DNA of 64,000 nucleotides. Source: an uncultured Chloroflexia bacterium. Lineage in GTDB: Bacteria; Chloroflexota; Limnocylindria; Limnocylindrales; CSP1-4. The stretch covers positions 28,702 through 92,701 of the forward strand of contig CAVPRZ010000009.1 of assembly GCA_963708065.1 (NCBI GenBank). Reading direction: 5' to 3'. Positions 49,064-60,327 of this stretch are shown piece by piece (position 1 is the first letter of the stretch; each line of letters opens with the position of its first letter). The notes beneath the pieces are model-generated. The model made no database searches. It had not been told where the DNA came from and saw nothing but the letters and a program-made list of their open reading frames with translations. Made by a program: the position numbers and the translations under genes.

Positions 49064-49918
49064 TCATGCGAGCGGCCAGTAGTGCTCGCTGACGATGGCG
49101 TCGAGCCCGAAGCCGCGCCGGGCCAGGATCTGCTCGGCAGTCGCGATCATCTCGGGATGGCCGCACAGGTAGGCGACGCTGGCTGCCGGGGCGAGCCGAT
49201 GCGTATCGCACACCGCGTCGAGCTGGGCGTCGAGCCGGCCGGTCAGGCCGCCCCAGCCGGCATTGTCGGGGTGGCTCGGTCGCGACACGACGGGCAGGTA
49301 GCGCAGTCCGGCCGACGAGGCTGCCAGCCGCTCGAGCCGGTCGCGGTAGGCCAGCTCGGCGACGTGGGAGACGCCGTGGACGACGATCGCCCGTGGCGCG
49401 GCCGGGGCGGTCCCGGCGGGCCCACTCGGGAGCCAGCCTGCGTCGTACCCGAGGAGGGTCTCGAGCATCGACACGAACGGCGCCAGGCCCGTTCCCGTCG
49501 CCACGAAGAGGTGCGTCCGCGGGTCGCCCGTCCTGAGCGTGAAGAGGCCCTTCGGCCGGCCGATCCACAGCCGGTCGCCGACCCGGAGCTCCCACAGGTG
49601 CGGGGTGAACGCCCCACCGGGCACGAGCCGGATGAGGAACTCGAGCTGGCGCCCCGACCCAGGCGACGAGGCCGTCGAGTAGGGTCGCAGGAGCGGCCGG
49701 CCGTCGACGCTCAGCCCCAGGGCGAAGTACTGCCCCGGCTGGAACAGCGCCACACCGTCGTCCGGGACGACGACGAGTCGGGCGACGGTCGGCGTGAGGT
49801 CCTCGCGGGCGCCGAGGCGGGCGTTCGGCTCGAGGGCGGGCCGAGGCCGGGCAATCGGCGAATCACCCGGTACGGCGGGGGTGCCGGTCACCGTCCGGCG
49901 CGTCGCGAGCACGTCCAC
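49064..49918 (-). CDS. ferredoxin-NADP(+) reductase-like FAD/NAD-binding protein
   Basis: RPYSTAS (FAD RxYS motif), LFVATGTGLAPF (NAD(P) GTGxAP). GTG start at 49918, immediately after the ferredoxin stop. Confidence 0.8.
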   Translation of the reverse strand: MDVLATRRTVTGTPAVPGDSPIARPRPALEPNARLGAREDLTPTVARLVVVPDDGVALFQPGQYFALGLSVDGRPLLRPYSTASSPGSGRQLEFLIRLVPGGAFTPHLWELRVGDRLWIGRPKGLFTLRTGDPRTHLFVATGTGLAPFVSMLETLLGYDAGWLPSGPAGTAPAAPRAIVVHGVSHVAELAYRDRLERLAASSAGLRYLPVVSRPSHPDNAGWGGLTGRLDAQLDAVCDTHRLAPAASVAYLCGHPEMIATAEQILARRGFGLDAIVSEHYWPLA

Positions 49919-49920
49919 CG

Positions 49921-50211
49921 TCAGGCCGCCGCGACGGCGCCGTCCACCGCCGCCCGCGCGGCGTCCGGGTCGCGGTACCAGGTCGCGTCGATCCAGGCGA
50001 AGTCGACCCACGCGCGGGGCAGCTGGTCCGCCCGGAAGATCGCCTGGTTGGGACAGGCCGACTCGCATGATCCGCAGTCGATGCAGCCGTCGGGGTCGAT
50101 GTAGAACTTGCGATCGACTGCGGGGTCGGCCGTGATGCAGTCGACCGGGCAGACCTCGACGCATGACTGGTCGGTGTTGTCGATGCACGGCTCGGCGATG
50201 ACGTAAGCCAT
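49921..50211 (-). CDS. fdxA: 7Fe-type ferredoxin
   Basis: MAYVIAEPCIDNTDQSCVEVCPVDCI...CIDCGSCESACP. Confidence 0.85.
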   Translation of the reverse strand: MAYVIAEPCIDNTDQSCVEVCPVDCITADPAVDRKFYIDPDGCIDCGSCESACPNQAIFRADQLPRAWVDFAWIDATWYRDPDAARAAVDGAVAAA

Positions 50212-50370
50212 GAGTGGCGCCTCCGGAACGATCTGGCCGGCCGCGCTGCCGGTGGACGTCACCGGCACGCGGCCTGACCCGACCTTGGCGTCCGCCGATG
50301 AGACCGTCATGTGGCCCGGATGTGAGTTCGCCCATCGCGGGCGAACTCTCAGGCGAGGGCGGTCGCGGCC

Positions 50371-51678
50371 TCAGCCGGCGGCGGTCGGCCCGACGGCCGG
50401 CAGCGTGACCGCGAACCGCGCCCCGCCGCCCGGCGCGTCGTCGACGCCGATCGTCCCGTCGTGGGCGGTCACGATCCGGCGGGCGATCGCCAGCCCGAGT
50501 CCCGTCCCCCCGGCGCGGTCCCGGGCCACGCCCGGCAGCCGGGCGAAGGGCTCGAAGACGCGTGCTCGATCGGCCATCGGGATCCCGGGTCCCTCGTCGG
50601 CCACGGTCAGGGCGACGGCCCGGCCAGAGGCCCGGACGGCCACGCGGACCGTCGAGCCGTGCGGGGAGTGGTCGAACGCGTTGTCGAGGAGGATGAGCAG
50701 GAGCTGCATCAGGCGGTCGCGGTCGCCTGAGACGACGGTCCGGCCGCCGGACTCGGACGAGTCCATCCTGAGGCTCACGCCCCGTTCGGCGGCCAGGGCC
50801 TCCGCCTGGCGCACGGTGTCCGTGGCGATCCCGGCCAGGTCGACCGGCTGGCGGTCGAGGACCAGGCCGGTGGCATCGGACGACGCGAGCTGGAGCAGGT
50901 CGCCAACGAGACGACCCAGGCGGTCGGACTCGGCCACGATATCGCCGACCAGGGGGCGCCCTTCGTCGGTCACCAGGTCCTCCCGTTCCAGCACCTCGGC
51001 ATTGGCCCGGATCAGGGCGGCCGGCGTCCGCAGCTCGTGCGATGCATCGGCGACGAAGCGGCGCTGGGCGTCGAACGACTGGCGGATCGGGATGAGCGCG
51101 TCGCCGGTGACGACGAGCGTGACCACTGCGGCGCCGATCAGGCCGACCGCCCCGACCAGGGCGATCGCGGCAACCAGGCTGTTCGACTGGGCGTCGTGGA
51201 GCTTCAGGATGAAGCCGCCCTGGACGAACCCCTTCATCGACCCGTCCTCGGCCCGGACCGGAACCGTGAGCAGCCGGACCTCGACGCCGTTCACGTCGAC
51301 CGTCCGGAGGTCACGGCCCGTCGCCGCGGCCGCGGCGAGCGCCGCGGTGTCGGGCAGCCCCGGAAGCGCCAGCCGGGACGGGTTCGCGAGCTCCTTGCCG
51401 GTCGGGTCGAGGTAGAGCACGACCGTGTCGGACGATGCCGGGAGCGTCTCGTCCGCGTCGGCTTCCTCCTGGGCCTGCGGCAGCTCCCCGCCCAGCCCGG
51501 CCACCGCGGCATCGACGCTGGCCGCGAGGGCCCGGTCGACGTCGGCGTCGAGCGCGCGGAGGCCGACGAACGCCGTCGCCGCCCCGATCCCGATGACGAG
51601 CAGGGCGATCAGCCCGAGGGTCACGACGATGAGCCGGCGGCGCGTCGAGCGGAGCAGCCTGGCGGTCGGGTCGGTCAT
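50371..51678 (-). CDS. sensor histidine kinase (HAMP-less, HisKA/HATPase)
   Basis: Start MTDPTARLL at 51678; two TM segments; FVADASHELRTPAA, LDNAFDHSP, DEGPGIP, GGTGLGLAIA. Confidence 0.85.
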   Translation of the reverse strand: MTDPTARLLRSTRRRLIVVTLGLIALLVIGIGAATAFVGLRALDADVDRALAASVDAAVAGLGGELPQAQEEADADETLPASSDTVVLYLDPTGKELANPSRLALPGLPDTAALAAAAATGRDLRTVDVNGVEVRLLTVPVRAEDGSMKGFVQGGFILKLHDAQSNSLVAAIALVGAVGLIGAAVVTLVVTGDALIPIRQSFDAQRRFVADASHELRTPAALIRANAEVLEREDLVTDEGRPLVGDIVAESDRLGRLVGDLLQLASSDATGLVLDRQPVDLAGIATDTVRQAEALAAERGVSLRMDSSESGGRTVVSGDRDRLMQLLLILLDNAFDHSPHGSTVRVAVRASGRAVALTVADEGPGIPMADRARVFEPFARLPGVARDRAGGTGLGLAIARRIVTAHDGTIGVDDAPGGGARFAVTLPAVGPTAAG

Positions 51679-51689
51679 CCGGCGACGAT

Positions 51690-52364
51690 TCAGGTCTCGG
51701 ACCGGAGCGAGTAGCCGACACCGCGGATCGTCCGCAGCCGGTCGGCCCGTCCGAGCTCGCCGAGCTTGCGGCGGAGGTAGTGGATGTACAGGTCGACGAC
51801 GTTCGAGTACACGTCGGGCTCCGCGCCCCAGACCGCGTCGAGGATCTGCTGACGGGTCAGCACCTGGCCGGCGTGCCGGATGAGGTAGCCGAGCAGGGCG
51901 AACTCGCGGGCCGACAGGTCGACCGTCTGATCGCCCACCTGGGCGACGTGGCGGAGCTCGTCGAGCGACAGGTCGCCGGCCCGGAGGCGTTGATCCGGGG
52001 CGGCCGACGAGCGGCGGCCGAGGGCGCGGATCCGAGCCAGCAGCTCGGCGAAGGCGAAGGGCTTGGGCAGATAGTCGTCCGCCCCGGCATCGAGCCCCCC
52101 GACGCGATCCTCGACCGCCCCGAGGGCGGTCAGCATCAGGACCGGCGTCGCCACGCCCTTCGACCGGAGGACCCTCAGCAACGTGGCGCCGTCGATGTCC
52201 GGGAGCATGCGGTCCAGGATGATGACGTCGTAGGGCCCGGCCTGGGCCAGCGCCGCGCCCGTCAGGCCGTCGGGCGCCACGTCGACCACGTGACGCTCCG
52301 CGGTCAGGACGCGCTTGACGAGCGCCGCCATCTTGGCCTCGTCCTCGATCACCAGGATCTGCAT
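51690..52364 (-). CDS. OmpR-family response regulator
   Basis: MQILVIEDE...VIILDRMLPDIDG...DDYLPKPFAFAELLARI...LRTIRGVGYSL. Confidence 0.9.
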   Translation of the reverse strand: MQILVIEDEAKMAALVKRVLTAERHVVDVAPDGLTGAALAQAGPYDVIILDRMLPDIDGATLLRVLRSKGVATPVLMLTALGAVEDRVGGLDAGADDYLPKPFAFAELLARIRALGRRSSAAPDQRLRAGDLSLDELRHVAQVGDQTVDLSAREFALLGYLIRHAGQVLTRQQILDAVWGAEPDVYSNVVDLYIHYLRRKLGELGRADRLRTIRGVGYSLRSET

Positions 52365-52509
52365 CGCCGGCGCATTCTGCGGGCCGGGAGCCTCCGCGTC
52401 GAGGTTCCAACGGCCTGTCTTTGAAGCTTCTCATCGGGGCCACAGGGCGATCCCATCGGGCGGCCCGATGCTCGGGTCATCGCCATCCATCCGATGAGGT
52501 CGACCAACC

Positions 52510-52788
52510 ATGCTCCACAAGACCGCGCTGCTCGTCGCCTCGCTGGCGGCATCGCTGACCCTCGCCGTCGCGCTCGCCCTGGCCGGCTTCGCGCCGGGGA
52601 CGACGAGCGCTCCGGCCGCGACCGGAGCGACCAGCGCCAATGCGGCCGACGTCGTTGCGCCTCCGCCGGTCCAGGTCGACAAGGTCTACGTCGCTCCCCC
52701 GCCGCCACAGAAGACGGTCACCGTCCACAACGTCGTCGCGTCGGGTGGCGGCGAGAACGAGTCCGAGGGCTCGGAGGGCGGCGACTGA
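52510..52788 (+). CDS. small secreted protein
   Basis: Signal-like MLHKTALLVASLAASLTLAVALALAG; Pro-rich; acidic tail. Its stop overlaps the next start (ATGA-type). Confidence 0.5.
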   Translation: MLHKTALLVASLAASLTLAVALALAGFAPGTTSAPAATGATSANAADVVAPPPVQVDKVYVAPPPPQKTVTVHNVVASGGGENESEGSEGGD

Positions 52789-53189
52789 TGTTCGAGTCCC
52801 AGGAGCGCGGCGCCCAGAAGCCGCCGCGACCGGCGCCGGAGGCTCGACCACCGGCCGCCCGATCGACGGCGTCGGCCCGACCGGTGATCGCGGCCAAGCC
52901 GCGACCCGACGCGCGTCCGCTGCGGATCGCCTACGGGATGGGGGCGGTCGCGGCCGCCAGCGCGCTGGCGACGGCCCTCGTGACCCCCGGCAGCTCGGCG
53001 CCGACGGCCCCGATCTCGCAGGTCGTGACCGTGCCCGCCGATGCGACTCCGCTCGTCCGGCACGTCACCCAGTACGTCAAGCTCAAGCCCGGCCAGACCG
53101 CACCGCCGCAGGCCGTCGTCAAGCAGGCGCCGGCGCCCAAGCCCCGCGTCGTCGTTGTCACGACCCGCCAGTCGGGCGCCAAGCCATGA
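52788..53189 (+). CDS. membrane-anchored/secreted hypothetical protein
   Basis: ATG at 52788 in the frame of ORF 52494..53189. Basic N-terminus, hydrophobic GMGAVAAASALATALV, Pro-rich C-terminus. Confidence 0.45.
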   Translation: MFESQERGAQKPPRPAPEARPPAARSTASARPVIAAKPRPDARPLRIAYGMGAVAAASALATALVTPGSSAPTAPISQVVTVPADATPLVRHVTQYVKLKPGQTAPPQAVVKQAPAPKPRVVVVTTRQSGAKP

Positions 53190-54205
53190 GCGCGGTCGCG
53201 ATGCTGTCTTCGGATCCGGCCGCGGCACCGGCGAACGGCACCGGCCGACTCCGCACGGTCGGGCTCGACGCGGTCGAGCCGCCGATCGTCTCGGCGACCG
53301 ACGCCCTGATGGGTGGCACGGTCGGGGTCCATCTCCGGCCGGTCGATGGCCGGATGGACGCCGCGCTTCGGGCCCGCCGCTCGGCCTGGTCGACGCTCCG
53401 TCGGATCGAGGCCTGGGCCGACCGGCTCACCCGCTTCTCGACGACGTCCGACCTGGCCCGTCTGAACGCGTCGCCTGCCGACCGCGTGCCCGTCCGCCCG
53501 ACGCTGGCCGCGACCCTCGACTGGGCCCGCCAGGCCCAGAGCCTGAGCGGCGGGATCGTCGACGTCGCGCTCCTCGACGCCCGGCTCGCCGCCGAGGCGG
53601 TCGGTGCCCGGGTGCCTGACGCGTCGCCGGTCGACCGCGGCTGGTCGATGGACCGCGGCCGGCGCGGCTCTCACATCCGCCGCTCGCCGGGACTTCGATT
53701 CGACCTCGACGGGGTCGCGAAGGGCTGGCTCGCGGATCGCGCGCTGGCCCGGCTCGACGAGTTCCCGGGGGCGGTCGTCGATGCCGACGGCGACGTCGCG
53801 ATCCGCCTCGGGCACGGTCAGCGCTGGCGGTTCGGCGTCGCGGATCCACGGTCGCGCGGCCAGGACCTGCTCGTGCTCGACCTCGTCGGGTCGGATCGAG
53901 CCGGCGGTCACCGGTTCGGACTGGCCACGTCGGGAACCAGCATCCATCGCTGGATGCGCGACGGCCGGATCGCTCATCACCTGATCGATCCGCGGACCGG
54001 CGCGTCCGCCCGGACCGACGTCGTCCAGGCGACGGTCCTGGCGCGGACGGCACGCGAGGCCGAGACCCTGGCCAAGGCGGCGGTGATCCTCGGCTCGGAG
54101 GCCGCGCTCGAAGCGCTCGACCGGCCCGGGGTCGACGGCGCGATCCTGCTGACCGAGGCCGGCGACTTGCTCCTCACCCCCGGCACCCTGCGCTGGCTGG
54201 CATGA
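53186..54205 (+). CDS. FAD:protein FMN transferase (ApbE family)
   Basis: FDLDGVAKGWLADRA, LATSGTSIHRW, HHLIDPRTG, AETLAKA motifs. ATG at 53186 overlaps the upstream stop. Confidence 0.8.
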   Translation: MSAVAMLSSDPAAAPANGTGRLRTVGLDAVEPPIVSATDALMGGTVGVHLRPVDGRMDAALRARRSAWSTLRRIEAWADRLTRFSTTSDLARLNASPADRVPVRPTLAATLDWARQAQSLSGGIVDVALLDARLAAEAVGARVPDASPVDRGWSMDRGRRGSHIRRSPGLRFDLDGVAKGWLADRALARLDEFPGAVVDADGDVAIRLGHGQRWRFGVADPRSRGQDLLVLDLVGSDRAGGHRFGLATSGTSIHRWMRDGRIAHHLIDPRTGASARTDVVQATVLARTAREAETLAKAAVILGSEAALEALDRPGVDGAILLTEAGDLLLTPGTLRWLA

Positions 54206-54927
54206 CGTTCCGCGGTCTCGATCCCCGAACCCAGTACGTGCGCTGGGGGCTGTTCGCCGTTGCGGTCGGCATCGTCATCGGGGCCACCGGCCCGGCCGCC
54301 GTTCGCGCGCTCGCGCTCGCCTGGGAGACGAACCGGTCGAGCCTGCCCTGGGTCCTCGAACGCGGTTTCGCCTTCGCCGCCTACGGCGCGATGGCCGGCT
54401 CCGTGGTCTACGGCCTGCTCCTGTCGACGAAGATCCTCGACGCGATCGCCCACCGGCCGATCACGTTCAACCTCCACCAGGACCTCGCCTCGTTCGGGGT
54501 CGCCTTCGCCGGCGTGCACGGCATCCTGCTGGTCCTCGACAAGAGCGTTCCGTTCAGCCTGGGCCAGGTCGCCGTCCCCGGGCTCGCGCCGTACGCGCCC
54601 CTGTGGGTCGGCGCGGGGCAGGTCGCCTTCTACCTGATGGCCGCGGTCGTCGCGAGCTTCTACGTCCGGCGCCGGATCGGCCAGCGGGCCTGGCGGCTCC
54701 TCCACTACCTGACCTTCCTCGCGTTCGTCGGCGCGACGGCCCACGGCCTGGGGGCCGGCACCGACAGCGGGAACGCCTGGGCGTGGTGGCTGTACGTCGG
54801 GGCGTCGGTCGCCGTCGTCTTCCTGTTCGGCTATCGGGTGACGACGGCCATCGCGGCCCGCCGCGGGCGTCGCGCCACGCAGTCGCCCGTCTCGACCCGA
54901 CCGCCCAGGGAGGCGATCGCAGCCTAG
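54202..54927 (+). CDS. ferric-reductase-like transmembrane domain protein
   Basis: Six TM segments with paired His (HQDLASFGVAFAGVHGILL; LHYLTFLAFVGATAHGL). Its start overlaps the ApbE stop. Confidence 0.7.
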   Translation: MTFRGLDPRTQYVRWGLFAVAVGIVIGATGPAAVRALALAWETNRSSLPWVLERGFAFAAYGAMAGSVVYGLLLSTKILDAIAHRPITFNLHQDLASFGVAFAGVHGILLVLDKSVPFSLGQVAVPGLAPYAPLWVGAGQVAFYLMAAVVASFYVRRRIGQRAWRLLHYLTFLAFVGATAHGLGAGTDSGNAWAWWLYVGASVAVVFLFGYRVTTAIAARRGRRATQSPVSTRPPREAIAA

Positions 54928-55313
54928 GGCTTGCGCTCGAGGATCGGCCGGGCGACGTCGGGCTTGTCGACGACGAACGTGAACATCGCCCGGTCCCCCC
55001 AGCGGCCGAGGAACAGGTGACCCTGGATGTTCACCCCGGCGTCGGCCAGCTCGCGCGCGATCGCGGCCATCCCGCCCGGCCGGTCGCCGACCTCGGCCAG
55101 GATCGCCTCGCCCTCGACGTAGGTGTACTCGCCCTCGTCGAGGACCGCCTTCGTCGTGTCGTCGTCGGCGGTCGTCATGATCACGTGGCCCGAATCGCCG
55201 ATGCTCCCGCCGCCGATCGCGCGCAGGTCGACCCCGCGGCTGGCGAGCTCCTCGGCAAGGACGGCAAGCGCTCCCGGCTGGTTCTTGAGCTGGACGACGA
55301 ACTGCCTGGCCAT
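54924..55313 (-). CDS. ACT-domain protein
   Basis: Two ACT-like units (QLKNQPGALAVLAEELASRGVDL; VGDRPGGMAAIARELADAGVNI). Confidence 0.7.
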   Translation of the reverse strand: MARQFVVQLKNQPGALAVLAEELASRGVDLRAIGGGSIGDSGHVIMTTADDDTTKAVLDEGEYTYVEGEAILAEVGDRPGGMAAIARELADAGVNIQGHLFLGRWGDRAMFTFVVDKPDVARPILERKP

Positions 55314-55470
55314 GCCATCCTCCGTGGCGCCGCCGATCGGGCGAGCAGGGCCGATTCTAGCCGCCCGCCATCGGCCGGAGCGGCCCGCGATGCTGTGCTA
55401 GGGTCGGGCCCGATCCGCCGTCCCGGCGGGACGACCCACCGCCTCGACCACCGTACGGACCGAAGACTTC

Positions 55471-56391
55471 GTGGCTGCACCGACCCCGACCTCGTTCCCC
55501 GCACCGATCCGGGCGACGCTCGACGACCTGCCGCCGGCCGCGGCCGAGGCGATCCGCTCGGCGCGCGCCCAGCCGGAGAGCGGCCGACGAACGACGATCG
55601 AGGCGGCCGGGATCCGGTTCTCGACCCTCGAGTGGGGCGCCGGCAGCGGCCGCCCGCTCCTGCTCGTCCACGGCGTGATCGGGTCGGCCAGGACGTTCTG
55701 GCTCGTTGGTCCCGCGCTCGCCGCGACCGGCTTCCGGGTCGTGGCTCCCGACCTCCCCGGCCACGGTCGGACCGGCGGCGGAGAGGACGGGCGCGGGTTC
55801 GCGTTCCAGGAAACGGCGGGCGTCGTCGCCGCGTTCGCCCGGATCGCCTTCGCGGGGCATCGCCCAGGCGATGTCGCGGTGGTCGGGCACAGCTGGGGTT
55901 CGATGCTCGCCTCCCGGCTTCCGGCCGCCGGCTACCGGCCGGCCCGGATCGTCCTGCTCGACCCGCCGGTCATGGGCCGGGCCAGGATCGAGCAGATGAT
56001 CGCCGAGGAGCGCCCGCACGCCTCGCAGGAGAGCGCGCTGGCCGCCGTCCGGGCGGCAAACCCCGACTGGCCCGAGGCCGAGCACGTCGTCGAGGCCGAG
56101 TCGCTCACCCAGTTCGTGCCGGCCGCCGCGCTGGCCGTCCTGCTCGGCAACGGCGACTGGGACGGGGCCGTCTCGGCGGTCGAGGACCCGGCGCTGGCCG
56201 GGATCCCGGTCTGGATCGTGCGCGGCGAGCCGGCCAGCGGGAGCCTGACCCCGGATGGCACGCTCCCGCGCCTTGCCGCGGTCGCGGGCCCGGACCACGT
56301 CCTCACGATCGCGGGCGGCCCGCACTCCCCCCAGCGCACCCACATCGAGGCCACGACCCTGGCCGTCCTCCGGGCCCTGGAGGCCGACTGA
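55471..56391 (+). CDS. alpha/beta-fold hydrolase
   Basis: LLLVHGVIGSARTF, nucleophile elbow VVGHSWGS, C-terminal GGPHSPQ. Confidence 0.8.
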   Translation: MAAPTPTSFPAPIRATLDDLPPAAAEAIRSARAQPESGRRTTIEAAGIRFSTLEWGAGSGRPLLLVHGVIGSARTFWLVGPALAATGFRVVAPDLPGHGRTGGGEDGRGFAFQETAGVVAAFARIAFAGHRPGDVAVVGHSWGSMLASRLPAAGYRPARIVLLDPPVMGRARIEQMIAEERPHASQESALAAVRAANPDWPEAEHVVEAESLTQFVPAAALAVLLGNGDWDGAVSAVEDPALAGIPVWIVRGEPASGSLTPDGTLPRLAAVAGPDHVLTIAGGPHSPQRTHIEATTLAVLRALEAD

Positions 56392-56395
56392 CCCG

Positions 56396-57912
56396 CTACC
56401 CCCAGACGACGGCCCGGCGGATTTCGACCGCTCGATCGTAGGCGAGCGCGTAGCGCGGCGCGGAGCCCGTGTCCCAGTCGAAGTCGAGGGCCATGCCCCG
56501 CTCGACGAGAGCCAGCCAGTCGTCCGTCGAGCCGTCGCGGCCGCGGAGGGCGAACGCCCGCCGGCAGGCCGCCAGGAGCGCCGTCGGCGTCGGGTCGTCG
56601 AAGACGAAGCCGGTCCCCTCCCCCGGTCGCTCGGACGCGTCGATGACCGTGTCGCCGAGGCCCCCGGTGCGACGGACGAGCGGCGGCGTCCCGTAGCGCA
56701 GCGCGATCATCTGGCCCTGCCCGCACGGCTCGAACCGGGACGGCATCAGGAACAGGTCCGACCCGGCGTAGATGCGCCGAGCGTTCGCCCGGTCGAACCG
56801 CTCGACGAGCGCGACCGACTCGGGCTGGGCGGCGGCCAGCGCGCGGAACGGATCGGCCAGGTGGGCGTCGCCGCTGCCCTGGACGATGATCCGGGCACCG
56901 AGCTCGACGAGCGCCGGCGCGGCGTCGGCCAGGATGTCGAAGCCCTTCTGCGGGTCGAGCCGTCCGATCATCCCGAGGACCGGCCCCGCATCGTCCGGGT
57001 CCATCCCGTGGCGGGCGAGCAGGTCGGCCCGGCAGGCGGCCTTGCCGGCCAGGTCGCCGGCCGAGTAGCGGGCTGTCGAGGTCGAAGTCCGTCGCCGGGT
57101 TCCACAGCTCGGTGTCGAGCCCGTTGAGGATCCCGACGAAGCGGGACGCGCCGTCCGGAGCGGACTGGGCCGCCTTGTGCCGGAGGGTCGTGTCGAGGCC
57201 CATCCCGAACTCCGGGGTGAGCGCCTCGGCGGCGTAGCCGGGGCTCACCGTGTTCGCGATCTCGGACCGCTCGATCGCCAACCCGGAGCAGGTCCATCCC
57301 GGCCGGGTCGGCGGCGGCGAGCGGGTCGCCCGGAGCCAGCCCCAGCTCGCGCAGCCGGTCGCGCGGGACCCAGCCGTGGTAGGCCAGGTTGTGGATGGTC
57401 AGGAGCGCCGCCGCCTGGCCGACGATCGGGTCGTCGCGGTAGAAGCGGTCACGGAGCACGACCGCCGGCGCGGCATGCCAGTCGTGGAGGTGGATCACGT
57501 CGACCGGCCGACCGTCGGCCCGGAGCATCTCGAGCGCCGATCGGCAGAGCAGCCCGAACCGCCAGGCGTTGTCGGGGTAGTCGCCGCCGCTCGGCTCGCC
57601 GTAGTAGCCGGCTCGATCGAACGCGGGCGGATGGTCGACCAGCCGGAGCCGATACCCGTGGCTGACGACGTCGACGACGGTGACCTCGGTCGAGCCGATC
57701 GGCGAGACCGGGTCGGGGACCCGGATCCGGCGGCGTGGGTGCTCGCCATCGGGCAGGGTCATCGCCCGGTAGCGCGGGAGGAAGACGTCGACCGGGGCGT
57801 CCAGCCCGGCGGCGATCCGCCCGAGCGCGCGGGCCAGCGCGTCGACGACGTCGCCCAGGCCACCGGTCTTCGCCCACGGCTCGCACTCCGCGGCGATCAT
57901 CGCGACGCGCAT
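56396..57912 (-). pseudogene. glgA: glycogen synthase GlgA (GT5), two frame breaks (about 57275 and about 57075)
   Basis: MRVAMIAAECEPWAKTGGLGDVV..., then IERSEIANTVSPGYAAE in a second frame, then GMIGRLDPQKGFD...MPSRFEPCGQGQMIALRYGTPP in a third. Confidence 0.85.
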
Positions 57913-57962
57913 CGCCTGATGGTAGCCGGACGGACCCTCCGCGGCCGGTATGATGCGCGGAG

Positions 57963-60180
57963 ATGGAGTCCATCGTCCACGTTCCGACGTTGGCCGGCGT
58001 CCCGTTCCGGATCCCTCCTCAGCTCGACGGCCTGCGCCGGCTGGCCTACAACCTGTGGTGGACCTGGCATCCGGGCGCGCGCGCCCTGTTCAGCCGGCTC
58101 GACGGGGCGGCCTGGGCGCGCTACCGCAACCCGATCCCGCTCCTCGAGGGCCCGGTCGGCTGGGCCGAGGCACTCGAGAACCCGGACCTCCTCGCCGAGT
58201 ACCAGTCGATCCTGCGCGAGTTCGATTCGTACCTCGACCAACGGATCCGACCACTGGTTCCACCGCCAGTACGCGGCCGCCCTCGACGGCCCGATCGCCT
58301 ACTTCTGCGCGGAGTACGGGTTCCACGAGTCGCTCGGGATCTACTCGGGCGGCCTCGGCGTGCTTGCCGGCGACCACATGAAGTCGGCCAGCGACATGGC
58401 CCTCCCGGTCATCGGGGTGGGCCTGCTCTACCGCAAGGGCTACTTCCGCCAGACGATCGACGCCGACGGACACCAGGAGCACGCCTACCCCGACTACGAC
58501 CTCAACCGCCTGCCGCTCCTCCGGGCGGCCGACGCGAACGGCGACCCGCTCCGGGTGACGGTGCCGCTGCCCGACCGGGACCTGACCGTCGCGGTCTGGG
58601 TCGCCCAGGTCGGACGCGTCCCGGTCCTCCTGCTCGACACCGACGTCCCGGACAACTCCGACGCCGACCGGCCGATCACCGCGATCCTCTACGTCCGCGG
58701 CCGCGAGATGCGCCTCCACCAGGAGCTCGTCCTCGGGGTCGGCGGCGTCCGCGCGATCCGGGCGCTCGGTCTCGCGCCCGCGGTCTGGCACCTCAACGAG
58801 GGCCACTCGGCGTTCCTCCTCGCCGAGCGTGCCCGTGAGCTCGTCGCCACCGGGGCGAAGCTCGACGCCGCGCTCGAACGGGTCCGCGGCTCGAGCGTCT
58901 TCACGATCCACACCCCGGTCTCCGCCGGCAACGAGCGGTTCGAGGCCGATCTCGTCCGGCGCGTCGCCGGACCGCTCCTCGACGGCGACGGCCGGCCGAC
59001 GACCGGCGGTGTCCCGGTCGAGCGGATCCTCGAGCTCGGGCGAGGCGTCGACGGCGACCCGAACGTGTTCGACATGACGGCCTTCTCGCTGCGCCAGACG
59101 AACGGCGCAAACGCGGTCAGCCAGCTCCATGCCGAGACGGCCAACGCGACCTGGGCCGGCGTCCTCGATCGCCCGATCCTGGGGATCACCAACGGCGTCC
59201 ACTCCCCGACCTGGGTCGGCACCGCGATGTCGTCGCTCTACCGACGCTACCTCGAGGCCGACCTCGACGATCTCGACCCGCAGACCGAGCGACGCCGGTT
59301 CTGGGAGCGGATGTCGCGCGTCCCGGAGGCGGAGCTGTGGCGCGCCCACCAGCGCCAGAAGCTCGAGCTGGCGATCTTCGCCCGTGGCCGGCTGCGCAAC
59401 CAGTTCGCCCGCCACGGCGAGGCGCCGGCTGTCCTCGAGGAGCTCGAGACGGCGCTCGACCCGGACATCCTGACGATCGGCTTCGCCCGCCGGTTCGCGA
59501 CCTACAAGCGGGCCGCGCTCCTGTTCAGCGACATGGACCGCCTGGCCCGGCTGCTGTGGGACAAGGACCGCCCGGTCCAGGTCGTGTTCGCCGGCAAGGC
59601 CCATCCGGCCGACCGGCCCGGCCAGCGGGTCATCCAGGACATCTTCACCCGGTCACGCTCGCCCGAGCTCCGCGGCCGGGTGTTCATCCTCGAGGACTAC
59701 GACATGCGGATCGCCCGCTTCCTGGTCCACGGGGTCGACGTCTGGCTCAACAACCCGCGCCGGCCGCTCGAGGCGAGCGGGACCTCGGGGATGAAGGCGG
59801 CCCAGAACGGGATCGTCAACCTGTCGGTCCTCGACGGCTGGTGGGACGAGGGCTGGACCGGCGACAACGGCTGGGCGATCGGCGGTCGCGAGACGAACCC
59901 GGACGAGGGTGCCCAGGACTGGGCCGACGCGCAGGACCTCTACCGGATCCTCGAGGACGAGGTCCTCCCGCGCTACTACCAGCGCGACAAGACCGGCGTG
60001 CCGCGCGGCTGGACCGAGCTCATGCGCAACGCGATCGCGAGCACGATCTGGCGGTTCTCGGCGACCCGGATGCTCCACGAGTACACCGAGCAGCTCTACC
60101 TGCCGGCGGCCGGGGTGCCGCGAACGGCGGAGACCCCCGGCCGGCGCAAGCGCGAGCCGATCGTCACCGAGGCCGGCTGA
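57963..60180 (+). pseudogene. glgP: alpha-glucan phosphorylase (GT35, GlgP-type with DUF3417 N-terminus), frame break about 58235-58245
   Basis: The N-terminus LRRLAYNLWWTWHP is in one frame. The main body (YFCAEYGFHESLGIYSGGLGVLAGDH...EASGTSGMKAAQNG) is in the frame of ORF 57250..60180. Confidence 0.85.
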
Positions 60181-60249
60181 GCCCACGGGCCGAACGGCGG
60201 GTCGGCTCGCCAATCCGGACGAGCCGAACGGCTGCACGGCGCTGGTTTG

Positions 60250-60327
60250 CCGGGGCAGTCGACCCGACCGGAAGGCGAGCTCGGCGCGAAGTGCCGGTCG
60301 AGCCGAACGGCGGGTCGCCTGCCCCGG
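60250..60327. terminator. long imperfect hairpin between convergent glgP and GH13 genes (possible bidirectional terminator / REP-like element)
   Basis: CCGGGGCAG (60250-60258) pairs with CTGCCCCGG (60319-60327). Inner CGACCCG/CGGGTCG pairing. No U-tract. Confidence 0.3.
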